64,000 nucleotides of DNA from a virus. The stretch's first letter is position 1; each line of letters opens with the position of its first letter. The translations under genes were made by a program, and so were the position numbers. The notes beneath the pieces are model-generated. The model was not told the DNA's origin, searched no databases, and was given only the letters and a program-made list of their open reading frames with translations. Below, piece by piece: positions 10,133-17,917 of the stretch. The stretch is taken from positions 32,001 to 96,000 of the IMG/VR virus record IMGVR_UViG_3300017977_000066; one strand, given 5' to 3'.

Positions 10133-11587
10133 ATGATTCTCAGAAAAGAAAATGATGTCATGGCTACTAAACTAATAAACATAGCTAATGCTATCATACG
10201 TAAGGTTAGTAATGACAATATAGACAAGTCATACGCGGCTAACCGTATACAGATCGTTGGAGAGGCTATCTTAAGTAATAGATATAAGCTTATGTACCAA
10301 GAAGCCCTTGCCGCTCATAAAGATGTAAAAGGTTTTATCAGGCCTTTAAACAACAGTTGGGTTAACTTAATCTCTAACTCTAGTAATGAGTCTTTCGATA
10401 AATTTGGTATCTCACAGTTTAATAATGAAGTTCTTGAGAACATCTCTAAGAGAATTTCTTTAGAGATAGATACTTATAAAAATAACTACTCGTTCATGGC
10501 TAAGAATTATAACACTTATCTAGAAGATATGCTCAAGACTCTAGAGAAAGAACCTATCGTAGAGAATAGCTTTGCTGTACAGCTTATTAAAGAAGTTGAC
10601 CTTGCAGACATCTTAGATGAAAAAAGCTGGTTGAATAAATCTCTTAATGAAACAGATACTGGTATCTTACCTACTAATATGTCTAACAGCATCTATGAAG
10701 TTAAGAATGACTTAGAAGTAAAACTCTTAGCTGATGAAGCGTTTAAAGCTCTTGGCGATGATACTATAGCTACTATGAATAATTTACTTGCTAGTACTAG
10801 TGTTGGTAGCTTTAAATCTAGACTTTCTGATCTCAGAATCAAAGACATCAATGCTGCAGTTGGTTTAGTTATTATATTTAGAGATAAACTATTATCTGCT
10901 AATAAAGGTGAGGCTGAATACAGTAACATAGATGCTGCTCTTAACTATGTGATAGATACATATAAGAGAATCAAGAACCAGTATACGGTAAGCCTTAGAA
11001 ACAAGTTAGTAGTATCTGCTATAGAAGTTAAAGAAGATAAGTATATCGTATATGCTATAGAAGATAACTTCAGTGAGTATATGAGTAGTTCTAATGGTAG
11101 CATGAAGACTATCTTAGGTGCTATCTTTACAGAGTTCAATGTTTATGAAAATAATATTCCTAATATGTTCAAACCCCTTTATATTAAGAATGATGACTTA
11201 ATAGTTAACAAGCCCTCTTATGACTCATTAAGAAACTCTATACAAAATGCTTATATCCTTAAGAACAGAAACGAAGCCGCTAGCTCTTTAAGAGCGTATT
11301 ACCTTATAGCTTTAGATAGAGTCATGAGTTATAAAGATGATACTATCAGAGCAGAAGCTGAAGCTTATATCAACGGCTGTAAGATATCTGACCTATATGA
11401 TACTTATAACACAACTATGTATATCGTAGAGAACTTCATCTCTAGTAATACTAACTTCAAGATCTTCGCTGAAGGGGTTAGAGAAGCTAAAGAGTTATTA
11501 GATACAGATGATGTTAAACCATTAGCTGGTTATGCTACATTAAGACTTATCTTATTATACTTAATAGGACAAACTGAAATAGCTTAA
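10133..11587 (+). CDS. Hypothetical protein, probably conserved core or virion
   Basis: 484 aa ORF with RBS, in the gp175-gp181-like block. Confidence 0.6.
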   Translation: MILRKENDVMATKLINIANAIIRKVSNDNIDKSYAANRIQIVGEAILSNRYKLMYQEALAAHKDVKGFIRPLNNSWVNLISNSSNESFDKFGISQFNNEVLENISKRISLEIDTYKNNYSFMAKNYNTYLEDMLKTLEKEPIVENSFAVQLIKEVDLADILDEKSWLNKSLNETDTGILPTNMSNSIYEVKNDLEVKLLADEAFKALGDDTIATMNNLLASTSVGSFKSRLSDLRIKDINAAVGLVIIFRDKLLSANKGEAEYSNIDAALNYVIDTYKRIKNQYTVSLRNKLVVSAIEVKEDKYIVYAIEDNFSEYMSSSNGSMKTILGAIFTEFNVYENNIPNMFKPLYIKNDDLIVNKPSYDSLRNSIQNAYILKNRNEAASSLRAYYLIALDRVMSYKDDTIRAEAEAYINGCKISDLYDTYNTTMYIVENFISSNTNFKIFAEGVREAKELLDTDDVKPLAGYATLRLILLYLIGQTEIA

Positions 11588-11594
11588 AAGCAAA

Positions 11595-11631
11595 CATATA
11601 CTACTAGGAATATTATTCCTAGTAGTATATG
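11595..11631. terminator. Long palindromic hairpin, likely bidirectional terminator
   Basis: CATATACTACTAGGAAT/ATTCCTAGTAGTATATG. Confidence 0.7.
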
Positions 11632-11792
11632 AAATTTGTTCAACCATGAGTTATGATGTAGTTATAAAAGGATGTCATAGTTTTTTATAGATACAGTTTA
11701 AGGAGTGAGAAAATATAAACTAAAATCAGGTATAGATGATTTTAAAGAGGTTTTTTAACTACATGGTCATTATAAGTATATATAGATAAAAA

Positions 11793-12527
11793 TTAACTCC
11801 TTATGATCTTCTCTAAGTCAGTGGCTTCTTTACCAGGACCATTTACTATAGAACTTACTATACCATCTTTCATATAACTTCCAGCTATCTTAGATAGTGT
11901 AGATTTAAATGTATACCAAATATCCATAAGACCTATATATCTAGCTTTAGTATTAATCTTATCAGCTTCAGTATTGATAGCATTCCTATAAGAGATCTTG
12001 ATATCTTTTTGAGTTCTAGTTATGATAGAAGTTAATATCTCGAATACCAATGGATCCTTACCAACAGAAGTAGCCGTATACTCAGGTATGTTGTTAAACA
12101 ACTCGAATACATCTTCATACTCTAGATACCAAGGGATCTTACCTTGTATAACGAAGTATTCAAATACATGATAAACCATGTTACCATTCTTAACGTACTT
12201 TAAGTCATCTATAATAAGATCACCTTCATCCATGACTACCTTCTGATAAAGCACATCCCCTATCATAACCTCTTCTGTACTAGAAGGGCTAACCTTGATC
12301 TTACAAGGTAGATTTAATACGGCATACTCATCTTTATTATTACATATAGCCATACATGCTAAAAGTGTAGAGGTAACATCTATAACAGCTAGGTTCTTAT
12401 CTAGGAACTTATCTGGGAATAAATAATACAACTCTTCTTTAGCTGTAACATTATTACCTTTAGTAATTGTATACTTATCCATAAATTTAGGATTTCTTTT
12501 AAACTTAGTTATGTCTAAACTTTCCAT
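11793..12527 (-). CDS. Conserved phiKZ-like protein (gp176-like position)
   Basis: GKIPWYLEYED and STLSKIAGSYMKDG motifs; synteny. Confidence 0.55.
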   Translation of the reverse strand: MESLDITKFKRNPKFMDKYTITKGNNVTAKEELYYLFPDKFLDKNLAVIDVTSTLLACMAICNNKDEYAVLNLPCKIKVSPSSTEEVMIGDVLYQKVVMDEGDLIIDDLKYVKNGNMVYHVFEYFVIQGKIPWYLEYEDVFELFNNIPEYTATSVGKDPLVFEILTSIITRTQKDIKISYRNAINTEADKINTKARYIGLMDIWYTFKSTLSKIAGSYMKDGIVSSIVNGPGKEATDLEKIIRS

Positions 12528-12603
12528 TATGATTCCTTATTGATTTATTCAAAACAACTAGGCATTAAGATATCATATATGAGTCTCCATATAAATATAG
12601 CCT

Positions 12604-12618
12604 TATATTACTTATATG
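12604..12618 (+). promoter_or_regulatory. Early promoter TATATTAC
   Basis: TATATTACTTATATG. Confidence 0.75.
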
Positions 12619-12656
12619 CCTTAACAAGGTAAATAAAAAAACATAGGAGGGCTTGT

Positions 12657-13262
12657 ATGGCTTTTGGAGATTTAATTTTAAATAGGGTTTTATTGCCTAA
12701 TGAAATAAATGGGAGAGTGTTGGTTTCAGATATAAAGAAACTAGTAGATGACTATTTTGGAGATTCTGAGTATGCCTTACGGACACCATTGGATCCTGAT
12801 GACCCATATAGTAAAAAGGCGTTCGTGCCTATAGTAAATGTTATGAAGTTAGCATGGGTACATGCTGAACAGAGATTCTTACCCATAGATGTTGCTAATG
12901 TATGTGATAGAGAGTTATATATTTTAGATGGTATATGCTACCGTGGTACTACTGCGATAACTACTGACGAGTATAACGATTACATTATTAAATATAATAA
13001 CCAACCAGCTAAACAAGAAGATGTTGAAAAAACGGTTGATGAAGTCATGGGTACTGATGAAGAAACTTTAGAACCAGTAACTAAGATAGAAGCTGGTTGG
13101 GTACATGCTGAACAAGAGTTCCAATCTGTAGATATTAACGACCTAGATGGAAATGAACTCTATATCCTTAATAGCGGATATTATCATGGTAGTAAGAAAA
13201 TACCCATGAATGAATATATAGAGCTATCTAAGGATAAAAAACATCCTATAAAAACAAAGTAA
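12657..13262 (+). CDS. Early protein with internal duplicated domain
   Basis: Two copies of WVHAEQxF...ELYIL...Y.G; upstream TATATTAC. Confidence 0.8.
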   Translation: MAFGDLILNRVLLPNEINGRVLVSDIKKLVDDYFGDSEYALRTPLDPDDPYSKKAFVPIVNVMKLAWVHAEQRFLPIDVANVCDRELYILDGICYRGTTAITTDEYNDYIIKYNNQPAKQEDVEKTVDEVMGTDEETLEPVTKIEAGWVHAEQEFQSVDINDLDGNELYILNSGYYHGSKKIPMNEYIELSKDKKHPIKTK

Positions 13263-13268
13263 GTTAAC

Positions 13269-13535
13269 ATGCTAACTAGAGCAGAACTACTATCTAGTAG
13301 TTCCAATATAGATGAGTATGAGAATATATTTGTTTATAAACAAAAGGTATGGAAATATAGACCTGTACCTACAGAACATCTGAGACAGAAGTTTAAGAAG
13401 TCTGCTAAGGTAAATAAGAAGCTTATTAATATTAAGTTCTTAACATATACAGATTTCATTTATGCTTTAAACACTAAGCTAACAGATGATGCTAAATATG
13501 TCATCAAACATAGCAATCTAGCTATGTATTTTTAG
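13269..13535 (+). CDS. Hypothetical protein (paralog of 14969-15229)
   Basis: Shared DFI..LNT..TD.AK.VI.H motif. Confidence 0.7.
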   Translation: MLTRAELLSSSSNIDEYENIFVYKQKVWKYRPVPTEHLRQKFKKSAKVNKKLINIKFLTYTDFIYALNTKLTDDAKYVIKHSNLAMYF

Positions 13536-13550
13536 ATATGGGATTATGAT

Positions 13551-13757
13551 ATGCTTAAACAAAGATTCGCTTGGTTACCAACTAAAGTTTGGAACATGCG
13601 TAATAAGGATTACCGATACAATTACATATGGCTAGCTTGGTATTACGAAGATACTTATGTACACACATGTACGTTTTATAAACTAACTGATACATGCGAC
13701 CCAGAGGTGCCTTTGCAGGCTAGTAAAAGATTCACTACTAGAAACAACATCTGGTAA
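13551..13757 (+). CDS. Small hypothetical protein
   Basis: RFAWLP...IWL motif common in small phage ORFs. Confidence 0.6.
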   Translation: MLKQRFAWLPTKVWNMRNKDYRYNYIWLAWYYEDTYVHTCTFYKLTDTCDPEVPLQASKRFTTRNNIW

Positions 13758-14309
13758 TACAATAACAGCAGAGTGTTATGGGGATAGAAGCAAAAGGAAC
13801 ATATGATGGTCTAGTGAATACGATGCTAGTTGAATAGTGTATAGACCAGACTTTTAACTTAGATAGAGTAAGACAACATCTAGATAAGTAGTTGTAACAC
13901 ATATGGATAATAAGCTGGTATTTTTAATATCAGACACAAATAAGGAAAACAATATGAAGATTAACAATAGCGTATATAGAAGTATAAGATGCTAAAAAAA
14001 TAAATGAAAAGATCATAGCTATATCTGTAGAAGCTAATGGTATATGGTGACAACCTTTATAGGACAAGCAACTAAGCCTGTCCTATATACCTATTTTTTC
14101 TTTTCTCTCATATAAGCCTCAGAAGCTCTTATCTCCATCAACCCTAACATTCATACTCATATATCATATCTAGCTCTTCTACATACCTTATACACATCAT
14201 AACACATATGTATCACCATAACACGAATCGCACAGTCATATACTGTCAAGAGCAACACCATCATATCTTGGTTAAGATATCTGCCATTAAGATACTGTAA
14301 GAGCTACTA

Positions 14310-14730
14310 TCTACTTAAGCTTTATCAGCTTAAGTTACTGTTATAGTATCTCTATAATATCTCTATATGGTAATATTATTACTACTATTATATCTCTATC
14401 TTCTACTAGAGATACTAGCTAAAATTGCTAATATATAAGCTATAAAGGCTTCTTAAGCTTTATCAGCTTAAGATTTTAATTTTTATTAAAATCAGGTAAT
14501 TAGAAGACTAGGATAAAATTATCCTAGTATCCTATTAAATTGAAAATAAATAAATAAATAAATATAAGAGGCTTCGCCTCTTATATAATTATATTTTAGC
14601 TAGTGCTGCTCCTATCCTTCCTCCACCTTTGGGGTTCCGGTCGGGGTTCACGAGTCTCACTTCGTTCGGGTCCTCTGGCTCATACCTATGTCCCCCCATC
14701 AGCTGTCTGACTAACTATCTGATGGTATAG
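14310..14730. other. Hairpin/palindrome cluster; candidate replication origin or ncRNA
   Basis: Twin 21-bp palindromes, further inverted repeats, TAAA repeats and a GC-rich island in an ORF-free region. Confidence 0.5.
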
Positions 14731-14824
14731 TCACATTAATAATATTATTACTATAGTCATTATATACTAACATATAAAATAATATATCCTATATTAGTAA
14801 CTAGTATCATAACTAGTATAACCT

Positions 14825-14862
14825 TATATTACTTATATGAGACTAGAGCTATACTCTAACTC
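14825..14862 (+). promoter_or_regulatory. Early promoter plus leader hairpin
   Basis: TATATTACTTATATG AGACTAGAG...CTCTAACTC. Confidence 0.75.
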
Positions 14863-14885
14863 TAATACAACAACAGGATAAGACA

Positions 14886-14966
14886 ATGGAAACACTAGTA
14901 CCAATAATAGCATCACTTACTATAATAAGCATAGCAGTCATGTTAGTAATAACGGCAAGGAATTAA
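14886..14966 (+). CDS. Small membrane peptide (METLVPIIASLTIISIAVMLVITARN)
   Basis: AGGA RBS, first ORF after the TATATTAC at 14825, single hydrophobic helix. Confidence 0.6.
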   Translation: METLVPIIASLTIISIAVMLVITARN

Positions 14967-14968
14967 AT

Positions 14969-15229
14969 ATGAAAGATAATGATTACTATTATATATACAG
15001 AGATCTACTAGGTAGATACAACACTGCTACTAGTCCTAGGTTCATAGCAGCACATAAATCTTGTGTGGCTATACCTAAAGATATGGTAAAGTATAAATAT
15101 GCTAAGATAATAGATTTCATACATGACCTTAATACTACCATAACAGATAATGCTAAAGATGTCATCATGCATACGGATCTAGTAGACCTAGTTCCATATA
15201 GTACATACAGGGATGATAACGATGTGTGA
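14969..15229 (+). CDS. Hypothetical protein (paralog of 13269-13535)
   Basis: AAGGA RBS; shared C-terminal motif. Confidence 0.7.
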   Translation: MKDNDYYYIYRDLLGRYNTATSPRFIAAHKSCVAIPKDMVKYKYAKIIDFIHDLNTTITDNAKDVIMHTDLVDLVPYSTYRDDNDV

Positions 15230-15767
15230 GAAGTACGATAAGGTTATGATGGATACGGCTATATTATGGTCTAAACAATCATACTGTAGGAGAAGACAAG
15301 TTGGTTCTGTTATAGCTAAAGATAACAGGATCGTATCCATAGGTTATAATGGAACTACAAAAGGTAGTAGTAATGACTGTGAAGAACATGTTATAGAGTG
15401 TGCTAGCTGTGGTAAGAAACATAATATAGATCATATGTTCGATGAGTATGAAGATGTACATCAGGTAACATGTGAATGTGGTACTACACATAACTACAGT
15501 GATGTTTATCTGCATGAATATGAAGAAGAGTTCTTAGCTACTAAAGATGAGACTTTACATGCTGAACAGAATGCCATAGTATATGCTGCTAAGTATGGTA
15601 TACCCATAACTGGTACAATACTCTATGTTACAACATCACCATGTATCACTTGTGCTAAGCTCATAGTACAGTCTGGTATAAGTAGAGTAGTGTATAAAGA
15701 AGCTTATAAAAATGAAGATGGTATAGCCTTACTACTCAGACATGATATAGAAGTAAGTAAGGTTTGA
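15213..15767 (+). CDS. dCMP deaminase with zinc-ribbon insertion
   Basis: GYNG, HAEQNA, PCITC; inserted CxxC...CxC segment. Confidence 0.9.
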   Translation: MITMCEKYDKVMMDTAILWSKQSYCRRRQVGSVIAKDNRIVSIGYNGTTKGSSNDCEEHVIECASCGKKHNIDHMFDEYEDVHQVTCECGTTHNYSDVYLHEYEEEFLATKDETLHAEQNAIVYAAKYGIPITGTILYVTTSPCITCAKLIVQSGISRVVYKEAYKNEDGIALLLRHDIEVSKV

Positions 15768-15783
15768 TATAATAGGAGTAGAC

Positions 15784-16356
15784 ATGAAGAAGATGATATG
15801 GATGATAGGTATCTTAGCTATGGTGGTAACAACATCATACGCTAAGAGTAACAATAAAAGTTTAGTAAAATATGATAAGGCTCTTGTTAGTAAGTATCTT
15901 AATGAACTGGAGCATTATAGTGCTAATCAGTTAGATATCATGGAGTTTGTGTATCAGGCAAGTAGATCAGACGATCTTAGCTATACGATGGCTGCTGTAT
16001 GTATGGAGGAGTCTACTGCTGGTAAGTATATTTTTAACTTAACTGGAGATTATGGTATAGTAGGTATTAATATAAAATCTTATATGAGGAATAATCGTAT
16101 AAAAGTTAACTTGTATTCTAAAGTAGCATTAGCTACTAAACTAATGCGTAATGACGCATACGCGTTACATATAGGTTTAACACTTATGAAATACTGGGTA
16201 AAAAGATATAAGGGTGACTATGTTAAAGCATGGGGCTCTTATAATGGCGGTACTATACCTAATTACTACTATGCTAATAGGATATATAATCGTATAAAAG
16301 CTATCAAGATTTTTAATCTTAAGCATCCTTATATGTTTGATAGTATTTTAGACTAG
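15784..16356 (+). CDS. Lytic transglycosylase (SLT-like) with signal peptide
   Basis: Hydrophobic N-terminus ending SYA, catalytic EES, YGIVGIN, SYNGG, YANRI. Confidence 0.75.
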   Translation: MKKMIWMIGILAMVVTTSYAKSNNKSLVKYDKALVSKYLNELEHYSANQLDIMEFVYQASRSDDLSYTMAAVCMEESTAGKYIFNLTGDYGIVGINIKSYMRNNRIKVNLYSKVALATKLMRNDAYALHIGLTLMKYWVKRYKGDYVKAWGSYNGGTIPNYYYANRIYNRIKAIKIFNLKHPYMFDSILD

Positions 16357-16409
16357 GCTATGGTAACCCATAGCTTTTTTTCTTTTGAATTAAATATAAA
16401 GGAAAACTT

Positions 16410-16739
16410 ATGAGCTATTCTAAGAGTAAGCAACATTGGCGACATAGTAAAGAGTATCGTATCTGGAGAACTACTGTTATAAGAAGAGACAAAGTTTGTC
16501 AGATATGCGGCAGTAGACAAGGGAGAGAAGCACACCATATGAACTCAGCTTCATATTTCCCAGATGAGCATTTTGATATTAAAAATGGTGTTACATTATG
16601 TAGCGATTGTCATACTCAGTTCCATTGTAACTTTAAGAGAAGTTTTAGACAGAAGTGTACCAAGTATGATTTTGAAAACTTTAGAACATTAGTTTACTAT
16701 CTTAAGGATAAGTTTTCTAACCATGAGATGAATAAATAA
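16410..16739 (+). CDS. HNH endonuclease
   Basis: CQICG...HH...NGVTLCSDCH..FH. Confidence 0.88.
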   Translation: MSYSKSKQHWRHSKEYRIWRTTVIRRDKVCQICGSRQGREAHHMNSASYFPDEHFDIKNGVTLCSDCHTQFHCNFKRSFRQKCTKYDFENFRTLVYYLKDKFSNHEMNK

Positions 16740-16755
16740 AATAAAGGATGATAAA

Positions 16756-17514
16756 GTGGCAGATGTAATTTTAGAAAGTAAAAAAGCTAACTCTGGTAAG
16801 AGTGGTATAGTAGTAGATGAGAATGGTTACCACAAGATGGTATTTGGAGCTTTAAATGCGTATAACTCTAATGGTGTATTCTATAGAGTAGATGATATTA
16901 ACAGACTAACTGGTCCTAAGAGTATAGTTGGTGAGAGAATATCTAATGGTGTATTAAAAGCAGAAGTTAACCATCCAGACTTCACAGGGCTATCTGGTAA
17001 TGCATTATTAAGCAAGATCCTTACTATAGATCTTAATAACGTATGTGGGCATATTAAAGGTATCGAGTTCATAGATACTAAAACATATGAGCCAGGTTGG
17101 TCTGGATATCCTATTTATAGAGTAGAAGGTTGGGTTAAACCATCTGGTGCTAAAGCAGAGGTCTTGAAGTCAGCTTTAGAGAACCCTGATGAGAATGTTC
17201 CTTTCAGTATCAGAAGTGCCGTTATAGAGAAACGCATAGGTGCTACTATGGTTCGTAATGTACTAGAGATATCTACTTGGGACTTCGTTTTTGAGAACGG
17301 TGTTAAAGGTGCTACGTCATGGGCGGCTAGTGGTATAGAGAATAGTAATCATGTACAAGATGACTCTGGAGTACTATGTTTAAATGGTTCTTGTATCCCT
17401 AAACTAAAAGAGTTAGTGTCTAGTGGTACTGAACATCAAGAAGATGTAGAGAAAATACTACAAGGTCTAGAAGAGAAAGAGAAAGCTGAGAAGCCTATCT
17501 TATATAACTGGTAA
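16756..17514 (+). CDS. Prohead (maturation) protease, phiKZ gp175-like
   Basis: EVNHP, FSIRS, TWDFV catalytic-triad motifs; GTG start with RBS. Confidence 0.85.
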   Translation: MADVILESKKANSGKSGIVVDENGYHKMVFGALNAYNSNGVFYRVDDINRLTGPKSIVGERISNGVLKAEVNHPDFTGLSGNALLSKILTIDLNNVCGHIKGIEFIDTKTYEPGWSGYPIYRVEGWVKPSGAKAEVLKSALENPDENVPFSIRSAVIEKRIGATMVRNVLEISTWDFVFENGVKGATSWAASGIENSNHVQDDSGVLCLNGSCIPKLKELVSSGTEHQEDVEKILQGLEEKEKAEKPILYNW

Positions 17515-17597
17515 TATCTAAAAGCATGTGGATGTATCTCCATATGTTTTTATTACATATTATTTTTTAATGAAAAAAAAACAACAAGGAAGGTAAA

Positions 17598-17876
17598 GTG
17601 GGTAAAGAAAAACAAGAAACATATGAAGTTAAGTATGCTATAGGTAACTATCTCATAACTTGTAAGTACACTATGAAGGTTAGAACTCTTATAGTAATCA
17701 AAGCTGAAATAAATAAGATAAGTAGTGAACATGGTAAAAAGATATTTTCAGAAATATTCAACTTTGAAGATGTTAAACATACACTACTTAAGCATGCTGT
17801 TGCTAATGGTATGGAACCAATGAAGTTAAGAGTATCACCTATAGCTAAAGCTGCTATAGAAACTTATAAAAGATAA
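17598..17876 (+). CDS. Hypothetical protein
   Basis: GTG start with AAGG RBS; terminator follows. Confidence 0.65.
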   Translation: MGKEKQETYEVKYAIGNYLITCKYTMKVRTLIVIKAEINKISSEHGKKIFSEIFNFEDVKHTLLKHAVANGMEPMKLRVSPIAKAAIETYKR

Positions 17877-17878
17877 CC

Positions 17879-17908
17879 ATACATAGGATACAAAAGTATC
17901 CTATGTAT
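17879..17908. terminator. Bidirectional terminator
   Basis: 13-bp stem between convergent genes. Confidence 0.75.
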
Positions 17909-17917
17909 ATATTCTAT

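Noticed and set aside
13989-14050. Phase-variable poly-A ORF (MLKK, frameshift, INEKIIAIS...)
   Set aside because: Product would be about 20 aa, and A7 runs are common in this genome
14314-14472. CRISPR mini-array from the twin 21-bp repeats
   Set aside because: Only two copies, 117-nt spacer, no cas genes
14600-14730. tRNA in the GC-rich island
   Set aside because: No cloverleaf or correctly placed T-loop/CCA that I could build on either strand
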